DNA of 60,675 bases from an uncultured Ruminococcus sp. (lineage in GTDB: Bacteria > Bacillota > Clostridia > Oscillospirales > CAG-272): the NCBI GenBank assembly GCA_964634795.1, contig CAZWLL010000007.1:1-60675 (forward strand), written 5' to 3'. The notes under the pieces are model-generated. The model had not been told where the DNA came from, ran no database searches, and saw only the letters and a list, made by a program, of their open reading frames with translations. Within the stretch, counting starts at the first letter, position 1, and each line of letters begins with the position of its first letter. This document shows, piece by piece, positions 49,453 through 58,615 of the stretch. Made by a program: the position numbers and the translations under genes.

Positions 49453-50199
49453 ATGAATGAATTAATATCACTTGAGAATATTTCGCTCAGACCTGTTTCG
49501 AAGGAGATATTGGCATTAAACGAAGTCTCATCGAAGTACGGTCTTGTTTTAACTGAAGAAGAAGCTAAAGAACTGTCCGATACTCGAAACAGATCCATAA
49601 CGGAAAACGATCGTGTCGAAATAGGAACGGGAGCTGTTACGAAGATAATAGAAAGATTCTGCACGTCCAGATATGTTACTAAAGAGAATTACACATATCT
49701 CTTAAACGAGCTGACGTATTTATTCTACTACATAAAAACGGAAACAGATGATAAAATCAGCGACACACAGCTGATTGACGAGCTGTTCGAGCGATTCGAG
49801 CTGTACTGCCGCGGCAGTGTGGATACTCTTATAAGCCGAGAGGTTGAAAGAATTATTCGTAAAGTAAACAGCGGCGAAAACTATGAAAAGTGGTTTGCAG
49901 AGAGAGATGAGCTGCACCTGAAGCCGGGAAAGGGCAATCGCGAAACTCCCGAAAACTATGTGCGCGAGGAATACGGTGACGATTATTTCGAAAGCGTTGA
50001 AAGTGACGGTTTAGCGGATCACGACCAATATGAAGATGACTTTGATGACGAGGATACGCAAATAGACGAGCTTGACGCATTTGACGAATTCCTTGACAGT
50101 GAGGCTGTGATGCAGCAGCAGGAGAATCCGAATCCCGATGCCGCACATGAATATTCGGACGATGAATGTGATGATGAGGAGTGTGAGGACGATGACTGA
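49453..50199 (+). CDS. Hypothetical protein (DUF6323-like) with acidic tail
   Basis: YGLVLTEEEAKEL...RVEIG...FCTSRY...FYYIKTE recalled as DUF6323-like; D/E-rich C-terminus. Confidence 0.6.
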   Translation: MNELISLENISLRPVSKEILALNEVSSKYGLVLTEEEAKELSDTRNRSITENDRVEIGTGAVTKIIERFCTSRYVTKENYTYLLNELTYLFYYIKTETDDKISDTQLIDELFERFELYCRGSVDTLISREVERIIRKVNSGENYEKWFAERDELHLKPGKGNRETPENYVREEYGDDYFESVESDGLADHDQYEDDFDDEDTQIDELDAFDEFLDSEAVMQQQENPNPDAAHEYSDDECDDEECEDDD

Positions 50200-50848
50200 T
50201 ATTACACCGTACAGCAGATTAAATTCAAACAATATCGATCACTCCGATTATATGAATACTTTGATACCCGAAGCGGTGAGAGCAGGCTTGATTAATGACA
50301 GCGATGTCGACAGAATAAGAAACGATTTAATGTCGGCACTTGCCGAGGTTATAGGCTACTATACGAAGCAGGAATCATCATCGGTGAAGGCGGATACTGC
50401 AAATGAGCTGTCTGAATCGATGATCTATAACATAGACACATATTTGCGTTCGCTCGGCGATGATAAAGCCGCACTTGAAACACTGCTTGACAGAAAAATG
50501 GATGAATTGTACGGCAAAGGATATGTTATAAATTCTAAGCATTATGAAAAAGCCAAGATTCTATACGGCAAAGCAAGATATTCGAGACTGAAAAACGGCA
50601 GTGAAGAATATAATAAAACACTTGACAAGTATTTCAGATATTATTTATCGAATTACTCACCGAAATTTTCCGCTCATAATAAAATATATCTGTCGCTTAA
50701 GGAATACGATTTGAACGGTGTATATCATATAGATGAGGCGGTTGACGTACTTAATAAGATACTCGAAATCAATCACGGACCGCAGGCGGATTATATAATC
50801 GACACGTCCGGCAATGCGAATGGTATAAAAATCGAAACTGATGAATAA
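50192..50848 (+). CDS. Hypothetical protein (DUF6179-like)
   Basis: YYTKQESSSV...ANELSESMIYNI recalled as DUF6179-like; ATG 50192 overlaps the upstream stop. Confidence 0.6.
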   Translation: MTDITPYSRLNSNNIDHSDYMNTLIPEAVRAGLINDSDVDRIRNDLMSALAEVIGYYTKQESSSVKADTANELSESMIYNIDTYLRSLGDDKAALETLLDRKMDELYGKGYVINSKHYEKAKILYGKARYSRLKNGSEEYNKTLDKYFRYYLSNYSPKFSAHNKIYLSLKEYDLNGVYHIDEAVDVLNKILEINHGPQADYIIDTSGNANGIKIETDE

Positions 50849-50958
50849 ATAAACGATTAGTGACAATTTTTTTGCTTATTTCGATTTACAACATATAGAA
50901 ATTATGTTATAATAATCCTATCACAAAAACTACGACTCATAAATAAAGAGGGCATATT

Positions 50959-51804
50959 ATGTATGAGATAACAGAAAAAAAGGTACTTAATCCCACGGTA
51001 ATAAAAATGAATATAAATGCACCGCTTGTTGCGAAAAAAGCGCAGGCGGGTCAGTTTATAATTTTACGTGTCGATAAAGACGGAGAAAGAATTCCGCTTA
51101 CCGTTGCGGATTATGACAGAGAAAAAGGAACGGTAACTATTATCTTCCAGAAGGTCGGTGCAACTACCGATAAGCTTGCCGAGCTTAACGAAGGCGACTT
51201 CATTTCCGATTTCGCAGGCCCCCTCGGAAAAGCCACATGTGTCGACGGACTCAAAAAGGTTGCCGTAATCGGAGGAGGTGTCGGATGCGCTATTGCTTAT
51301 CCGGTTGCGAAGAAGCTGCATGAAAACGGATGTGAAGTACATTCGGTAGTAGGATTCCGAAATCATGACCTCGTAATACTTGAGGATGAATTCAAGAGCG
51401 TATCCGATAAATTTGTGGTAATGACGGATGACGGCTCGTATGGTGAAAAAGGCGTTGTAACGAACGCACTTAAAGCACTCATCGATTCAGGTGAGAAATA
51501 CGATGAGGTTATCGCGATAGGACCGATTATTATGATGAAGTTTGTCGCACAGTTGACAAAGGAATACGGAATCAAAACTGTGGTAAGCATGAATCCCATA
51601 ATGATAGACGGTACCGGAATGTGCGGCGGATGCAGACTCACCGTAGGCGGCAAAACGAAATTTGCATGTGTAGACGGACCTGAATTTGACGGACACGAGG
51701 TCGATTACGATGAGGCAATGAAGAGAGGGTCAATGTACAGAGATTTCGAGAAGCATGCACGTGAACAAAACTGCAATCTTTTGAAACAGCAGACGAATAA
51801 CTGA
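50959..51804 (+). CDS. nfnA: NfnA-like FAD/[2Fe-2S] subunit (NADH-dependent reduced ferredoxin:NADP+ oxidoreductase)
   Basis: AGQFIILR...GERIPLT, GGGVG, MIDGTGMCGGCR...CVDGPEF. Confidence 0.88.
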   Translation: MYEITEKKVLNPTVIKMNINAPLVAKKAQAGQFIILRVDKDGERIPLTVADYDREKGTVTIIFQKVGATTDKLAELNEGDFISDFAGPLGKATCVDGLKKVAVIGGGVGCAIAYPVAKKLHENGCEVHSVVGFRNHDLVILEDEFKSVSDKFVVMTDDGSYGEKGVVTNALKALIDSGEKYDEVIAIGPIIMMKFVAQLTKEYGIKTVVSMNPIMIDGTGMCGGCRLTVGGKTKFACVDGPEFDGHEVDYDEAMKRGSMYRDFEKHAREQNCNLLKQQTNN

Positions 51805-51815
51805 GGAGATAACCT

Positions 51816-53207
51816 ATGCCTAATATGACACCGAAAAAAAATGAAATGCCGACTCAAGACCCTAAGGTACGCTCGACAAACTTTGACGAGGTAGCACTCG
51901 GCTACAGTGAAGAAACAGCTCTTGATGAGGCATCACGTTGTTTGAATTGTAAAAATATGCCGTGTGTTTCGGGATGTCCCGTTAACATCGAAATACCGCA
52001 TTTTATAAAAAAGATTACCGAAAAAGATTATGAAGGCGCATATAAAGTAATTTCGATATCAAGCTCACTTGCTGCGGTATGCGGTAGAGTATGTCCGCAG
52101 GAAACGCAGTGTGAGTCGAAATGTGTGAGAGGAATAAAGGGCGAATCCGTAGGAATAGGCAGACTTGAGCGTTTTGTTGCGGATTGGCACAATAAAAACT
52201 TTAACGGAAAAGCCGAACAGCCGGAGAAAAACGGACATAAGGTTGCCGTCATCGGTTCGGGTCCGTCAGGACTTACATGTGCGGGCGATCTCGCTAAAAT
52301 GGGATATGATGTAACTGTTTTCGAAGCACTTCACACGGCAGGCGGTGTTCTTGTATACGGAATACCGGAATTCAGACTTCCGAAAGCAATTGTTGAAAAG
52401 GAAATCAATAACCTTCGTGAGCTTGGCGTTAAGATTGAGACAAACGTAATTATCGGCAAAACCATTTCGGTTGACGAATTGCTTGACGACGGATTCGAAT
52501 CGGTTTATATCGGAACGGGAGCAGGCCTTCCTAACTTTATGAATATTCCCGGAGAAAACCTCTCGGGTGTTTATTCCGCGAATGAGTTCTTGACAAGAAT
52601 AAACCTTATGAAGGCTTATAAAGAAGGTTCCGACACTCCTATACTCCATGCAGAAAATGTAGCAGTAGTCGGCGGCGGTAATGTGGCTATGGATGCCGCG
52701 AGATGCGCAAAACGTCTCGGAGCGAAAAATGTGTACATAGTATATCGTCGAAGCGAAAGCGAGCTTCCGGCAAGAGCTGAGGAGGTTGAACACGCAAAGG
52801 AAGAGGGAATAGAATTCAAACTTCTTTCGAATCCGATATCTATTGAAGCTGACGAAAACGGTCACGCAGCGAAAACCGTATGCCAGCGCATGGAACTCGG
52901 CGAACCCGATGCCAGCGGAAGACGCCGTCCTGTTCCGATTGAAGGTGCAGACTTTGTGCTTGATACGGATTGCGTAATTATCGCGATAGGAACAAGTCCC
53001 AACCCGCTTATTAAATCCACAACCGATGGTCTTGAATGTTCAAAACGCGGCGGTATAGTAACCGATGATGACGGACTTACATCACGTGTCGGTGTATATG
53101 CAGGCGGAGATGCCGTGACAGGTGCCGCTACGGTTATTTTGGCAATGGGAGCCGGCAAAAAGGCTGCGGCAGCGATCGACAAATACATAAAAGAAAAGAA
53201 TAACTGA
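51816..53207 (+). CDS. nfnB: NfnB-like GltD-family flavoprotein subunit
   Basis: EASRCLNC...CVSGCP, CGRVCPQETQCE, GSGPSGL, GGGNVAMDAAR, AGGDAVTG; follows the nfnA-like gene, no GltB nearby. Confidence 0.85.
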   Translation: MPNMTPKKNEMPTQDPKVRSTNFDEVALGYSEETALDEASRCLNCKNMPCVSGCPVNIEIPHFIKKITEKDYEGAYKVISISSSLAAVCGRVCPQETQCESKCVRGIKGESVGIGRLERFVADWHNKNFNGKAEQPEKNGHKVAVIGSGPSGLTCAGDLAKMGYDVTVFEALHTAGGVLVYGIPEFRLPKAIVEKEINNLRELGVKIETNVIIGKTISVDELLDDGFESVYIGTGAGLPNFMNIPGENLSGVYSANEFLTRINLMKAYKEGSDTPILHAENVAVVGGGNVAMDAARCAKRLGAKNVYIVYRRSESELPARAEEVEHAKEEGIEFKLLSNPISIEADENGHAAKTVCQRMELGEPDASGRRRPVPIEGADFVLDTDCVIIAIGTSPNPLIKSTTDGLECSKRGGIVTDDDGLTSRVGVYAGGDAVTGAATVILAMGAGKKAAAAIDKYIKEKNN

Positions 53208-53288
53208 GTTTGCATTGCATGTATCGGCGGTGCCGAAAGCTGTTAAAACTCTCTTAACCAAGAGTTTACTCAAATTAAATTAAACACA

Positions 53289-53458
53289 CGGAACTTATTT
53301 CATACAATTATAGTCTATAGAATGATGTAGGCGGATAAGCTTAAGCTTGATAATGAGGATAACTACCGCCTCCTCGAACTTGCTCTTCTTCAAATATCAA
53401 AGATGTGAAACTCTAAAGAGTTTCGAAGATTTGCCTTTCGGCAAACGCGCAGGTTCCG
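53289..53458 (+). repeat. Multi-hairpin intergenic element related to 3702-3883 and 60623-60675 (MITE/REP-like or structured RNA)
   Basis: GGCGGATAA...GATAACTACCGCCTCCTCGA core (53330-53377); hairpins GAAACTCT/AGAGTTTC and TTTGCC/GGCAAA; short CGGAAC/GTTCCG inverted ends. Confidence 0.55.
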
Positions 53459-53485
53459 TTTTTATGGCTTAACGGTTGAGAGGTA

Positions 53486-54709
<1,224 letters not shown>

Positions 54710-54717
54710 TGAACGAA

Positions 54718-54762
54718 AAAACAGCTTATACGATTAAGATAAAAAATCGTGTAGGCTGTTTT
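54718..54762. terminator. Bidirectional terminator between the glycosidase gene and tRNA-Thr
   Basis: AAAACAGCTTATACGATT/AATCGTGTAGGCTGTTTT inverted repeat. Confidence 0.75.
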
Positions 54763-54788
54763 GTTATGTAAAAAAAGCAAAAATAAAA

Positions 54789-54860
54789 AGCTAGTGGAGG
54801 GATTCGGACCCTCGACCTGCTGATTACGAATCAGCTGCTCTACCCCTGAGCCACACTAGC
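54789..54860 (-). tRNA. tRNA-Thr(CGT)
   Basis: Minus strand GCTAGTG acceptor stem, GCTCAGGGGTAGAGC D arm, GCTGA-TTCGTAA-TCAGC anticodon arm, GAGGG-TCCGAAT-CCCTC T arm; CCA not encoded. Confidence 0.93.
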
Positions 54861-54885
54861 ATTTTATAATTTTGTCAGCTTTGTA

Positions 54886-54914
54886 ATTATACTATATTAT
54901 TCTTTTTTTGTCAA
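54886..54914 (-). promoter_or_regulatory. Consensus sigmaA promoter of tRNA-Thr
   Basis: Minus strand TTGACA, 17 nt, TATAAT. Confidence 0.85.
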
Positions 54915-55009
54915 GCGATTATATGAAAATAATATCCGATTGTTGATAACGCGTGAGTAAGTGAGATAAGCATACTTACAAAACGAACGTAAAATTTCGA
55001 GACAAAATA

Positions 55010-55037
55010 AAAAGCCGCGGAACATTCCGCAGCTTTT
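55010..55037 (-). terminator. Terminator hairpin for the zinc-ribbon gene
   Basis: AAAGC-C-GCGGAA/TTCCGC-A-GCTTT; T-tract on the minus strand. Confidence 0.6.
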
Positions 55038-55067
55038 CGGGAAGAATTATTCTTAATCAATGTTCGA

Positions 55068-55619
55068 TTATTCGTTTGAACCGTTGTCGGAAGATTCATC
55101 AGCAGGCTGTTCGCATGCGGATTCATCATTGCTTTCGGTTTCTGTTGATGAGCAGCATCCGCAGTCACAGGATTCGGTATTTTCTTCGGATTCGGTTTCG
55201 CCGCAGCAGCAAGAACATTCGCAGCTCTCTTCTTCACATTCGCAAGTTTCGGGTTCGGGTTTTTCAACCTTTGCACCGCAGTATGAGCAGAAAGCAGCTT
55301 CTTCGGAAATTTCGTTTCCGCAATTCTGGCAAATCACAACCTTCTTGAGCTTAGCGATTTCCTTCTTGGTGTTTTCGATATCGGTTTTGATTTTGTCAGC
55401 CTTCATGATGAGGGAAGCGATGTCGGATGTATGATCATCACCTGTGCACTGAGCTTCATAGAACATATAACCGATTTCTTCGAATACGCTTGAGAGCTTT
55501 GCTTCGTTTGATTTTACATTTATGCCAAGCTTAGCGATTGTTGTAAGTTCACCTGTTTTTTTAACAGCCTTGTTTGCAACGTCAGATGCGCTGCGCTTAA
55601 ATTCTTCAAAAAATGACAT
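55068..55619 (-). CDS. Coiled-coil plus zinc-ribbon protein with Cys/Glu-rich tail
   Basis: CQNCG...FCSYCG zinc ribbon; RBS AAGGA; tail ETCECEEESCECSCCCG...SCDCGCC. Confidence 0.8.
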   Translation of the reverse strand: MSFFEEFKRSASDVANKAVKKTGELTTIAKLGINVKSNEAKLSSVFEEIGYMFYEAQCTGDDHTSDIASLIMKADKIKTDIENTKKEIAKLKKVVICQNCGNEISEEAAFCSYCGAKVEKPEPETCECEEESCECSCCCGETESEENTESCDCGCCSSTETESNDESACEQPADESSDNGSNE

Positions 55620-55668
55620 GACAATATCCTTTCAAATATATATATAAATTAACTTGCTTTCATGGCTT

Positions 55669-55697
55669 ATTATACTCCGAACATGTAGTAAAGTCAA
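55669..55697 (-). promoter_or_regulatory. sigmaA promoter of the zinc-ribbon gene
   Basis: Minus strand TTGACT, 17 nt, TATAAT. Confidence 0.7.
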
Positions 55698-55876
55698 TTA
55701 AGAAAAGGTAAATTTACGAACATTATTATTAGATAATACTATTTTTTATTTAGTATATTTTAATCAAAAGAGGCATAACTCTAATAAAATCAGCATTGCA
55801 CTGTAACAGCAGTATAATTTTGATTTGCCGCATAGTCGTGCTTATAAGTCGGAAAATTGTCTTGCATAACATCTTT

Positions 55877-56515
55877 TTATTCGAAAGACGGTGTGTATTC
55901 CATCGTGTTCGGATGGCTTGTAATTTGACGAATTCTGAAATTACGTACCTGAATCCAGCTTGCATATGTGCCGAGTCCGACTTTTCCGTATGCCGTAATA
56001 GGATCGGGATCGAACATTTCGATAACCAGCTTTCCGTCAACGAATATAAAACAATGTCCGTCAATATCTCCGGCTTGAATAAAATACAATTTTCCGGCTT
56101 CAAGCGGTATGAGTGATGTGACTGAGCGGCAGCGGCATTCGGGATAATGCTCGATTCCCGTTTTGTTCTCCCACCATCCTCCGAGGCCGGCTATGTAGCT
56201 GATGCCTGCGTCATCGTGTTCATTGTCCCATCCCTCGGCACGCCAGGTGAAGTTCAAATCATTATCGCACGGAGGAACGGTTCTTCCCTCAAATTCCAAA
56301 AGAACATTTCCCGGAAAATGCTTTTTCGAGTAGAGTATACCGCCTGAGTTGCCCGTATGTTTTCCGTCAATCCAGCCGTTTTCAACCTTCCATACACCGT
56401 TCTTATATTCCCAATCGCGATTAAGCTCTTCAGTTGTACGCGGACCTTCAGCTAAAATCGGACTTTGATCTAAGTCGATAATCTGCTCCATAATATGCAG
56501 TTTACTGTTTTCCAT
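55877..56515 (-). CDS. Hypothetical protein, ConA-like beta-sandwich (DUF1080/3-keto-glycoside hydrolase-like fold suspected)
   Basis: GGAGG RBS before ATG 56515; GVWKVENGWIDG, VLLEFEG, FVDGKLV, GKVGLG, IQVRNFRIR pattern. Confidence 0.55.
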   Translation of the reverse strand: MENSKLHIMEQIIDLDQSPILAEGPRTTEELNRDWEYKNGVWKVENGWIDGKHTGNSGGILYSKKHFPGNVLLEFEGRTVPPCDNDLNFTWRAEGWDNEHDDAGISYIAGLGGWWENKTGIEHYPECRCRSVTSLIPLEAGKLYFIQAGDIDGHCFIFVDGKLVIEMFDPDPITAYGKVGLGTYASWIQVRNFRIRQITSHPNTMEYTPSFE

Positions 56516-56601
56516 AAAATAACACCTCCGTAAAAAATTCATATGAATCGAATTCGGCAAAACAGCAGCTCTATACGAATAGCTGTTTCGACGAGATATT
56601 T

Positions 56602-56621
56602 AATATTTAAATTTAAATATT
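56602..56621. promoter_or_regulatory. 20-bp perfect palindrome between divergent genes (candidate operator)
   Basis: AATATTTAAATTTAAATATT equals its reverse complement. Confidence 0.5.
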
Positions 56622-56710
56622 TAAATTCAGACTATAATATGATATAATCAGACAGTTAGAATGTCAATAGGCAAATTGCCGCTCTTGAAAAAATAATGGA
56701 GGTCTTATAT

Positions 56711-58609
56711 ATGAAACTTCGCGCACCCGCAGTACCGCTTATTACCGTCGATCCGTATTTCAGTGTCTGGTCGGTGAAAGATCATCTTAACGATTCCGCT
56801 CCGTGTCACTGGACCGGACATACAAACACCATTAACGGTTTTCTGACTATAGACGGAGAGTTCTACCGTTTTATGGGAGGTGAGGAGGCCGGCGGTATTC
56901 CGATGAAACAAATTTCACTTGATATTACCGCAATGACAAGTGTTTACACTTTCGAAGCATCGGGTATTCGCCTGACAGCTCGCTTCTTCACACCTCTTTT
57001 TGCGGATGATTTAATGTTAATCAGCAGACCGGTGTCATACCTTGAGCTTTCTTATGAAATTACAGACGGAAAGAGTCATGTGCTTGAGGCGGAAATTCGT
57101 GCTTCGGAAGAGCTCTGTCTTGACGCGGCACGAGAGGAGCCTGTTGCCCTTTATGTTGAATCACTTGACGGAGGCATTAGTGCCGCACGCATCGGCAATG
57201 CCGTACAATCGGGGCTCGGCTGGGCAGGAGATGACACTCGTATACATTGGGGATATTTTTACCTGTGTGTTCGTGACGGTTTGACGGACTATAAAAAGGT
57301 GCGCGGCGAAACCTTCGTAACCGCAAAAATCGTTTTAAAGGAAAACACGCCGTCACTGTTTGCTTTTGCTTATGATGATATAGAAAGCATAGAGTATTTT
57401 AATAAAATTTTAAAAGCGTATTGGAAAAAGGACGGAATGACAATTGAGCAGGCAATTTGTGACGCTTTTAATGAGTATGACACTCTTCTTGCACGTGAAA
57501 AAGTCTTTTCCGCAGATTTAAAAGAAAAGTCAACAGCAGCAGGCGGAGAAAAGTATGCGGAAATGCTTTTGCTGGCTTACAGACAGGTTTTAGCAGCTCA
57601 CAAGCTTGTTGAGGACGATGAGGACGGATTACTGTATATATCAAAGGAATGCTTCTCTAACGGATGCGCCGCTACCGTGGATGTAAGCTATCCGTCTATG
57701 CCGATGTTCCTTTACTATAATCCCGAGCTTGTGAACGCTATGATGCGCCCCGTTTTCCATTATGCGAACAGTGATGTATGGCCGTTCAATTTCGCACCGC
57801 ATGATGTCGGATGCTATCCGAGAGTCAACGGACAGGTGTATTCCAACGGTACGGATCCCGAGCATCAAATGCCTATTGAAGAATGCGGAAACATGCTTGT
57901 AATGACGGCTGCTGCTGCTCTGGCGAAAAAGGACGTATCATTCTTTGTCGAAAATGAAAATACCTTCGTAAAATGGGCGGACTACCTCGTTGCTCATGGT
58001 GCGGATCCCGAAAATCAAATCTGTACGGACGACTTTTTCAAGCATCTTCCGCATAACTGCAATCTTTCCGTTAAGGCGATTATGGGTATCGCTTCTATGG
58101 CAATTATGCTTGAAATGAACGGAGAAATCGATGGAGCACAGTACTACAGAAAAACCGCACAGGATATGGCAAACAGCTGGATTGAGAGAGCCGACAACGG
58201 TGACGGAAGCTTCCGTTTGGCATTTGATTTACCCGACAGCTACAGCCAAAAATACAATATGGTATGGGATAAGATTTTCGGAACAAATCTGTTCCCTAAA
58301 GATAAGATAGAAAGTGAATTTGCTTCATACAAACAGTATGCCAATGCATACGGCAATCCGCTTGACTGCCGCGGCTCTACCTCAAAAACCGACTGGCTTA
58401 CGTGGACGGCAACATTAGCCGAAAGCAGGGAAGACTTCGAAGAATTTATGGCTCCCGTTTGGCGTTTCTTCAATGAAACCGAAAATCGTGTACCTATGGC
58501 GGATTGGTACAGTACAAAAACTGCGGCACGCTTTTATCAGCAGAACCGTACTGTTCAAGGCGGAATGTTTATCAAGCTTCTGGAACAGTCGGGCAAGTGC
58601 CGTGTTTAA
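56711..58609 (+). CDS. DUF5127/DUF4965 'glutaminase A'-like protein, probable six-hairpin glycosidase fold
   Basis: LRAPAVPLITVDPYFSVWS, YRQVLAAHKL, KECFSNGCAATVDV, FAPHDVGCYP, MPIEECGNM, NQICTDDF, KTDWLTW. Confidence 0.85.
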   Translation: MKLRAPAVPLITVDPYFSVWSVKDHLNDSAPCHWTGHTNTINGFLTIDGEFYRFMGGEEAGGIPMKQISLDITAMTSVYTFEASGIRLTARFFTPLFADDLMLISRPVSYLELSYEITDGKSHVLEAEIRASEELCLDAAREEPVALYVESLDGGISAARIGNAVQSGLGWAGDDTRIHWGYFYLCVRDGLTDYKKVRGETFVTAKIVLKENTPSLFAFAYDDIESIEYFNKILKAYWKKDGMTIEQAICDAFNEYDTLLAREKVFSADLKEKSTAAGGEKYAEMLLLAYRQVLAAHKLVEDDEDGLLYISKECFSNGCAATVDVSYPSMPMFLYYNPELVNAMMRPVFHYANSDVWPFNFAPHDVGCYPRVNGQVYSNGTDPEHQMPIEECGNMLVMTAAAALAKKDVSFFVENENTFVKWADYLVAHGADPENQICTDDFFKHLPHNCNLSVKAIMGIASMAIMLEMNGEIDGAQYYRKTAQDMANSWIERADNGDGSFRLAFDLPDSYSQKYNMVWDKIFGTNLFPKDKIESEFASYKQYANAYGNPLDCRGSTSKTDWLTWTATLAESREDFEEFMAPVWRFFNETENRVPMADWYSTKTAARFYQQNRTVQGGMFIKLLEQSGKCRV

Positions 58610-58615
58610 GGTGTC

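Noticed and set aside
53430-53455. c-di-GMP-I riboswitch (GGCAAAC)
   Set aside because: The GGCAAAC is the 3' arm of a TTTGCC/GGCAAA hairpin and lacks the GAAA tetraloop stem and GACGCAAAG-like elements that should follow.
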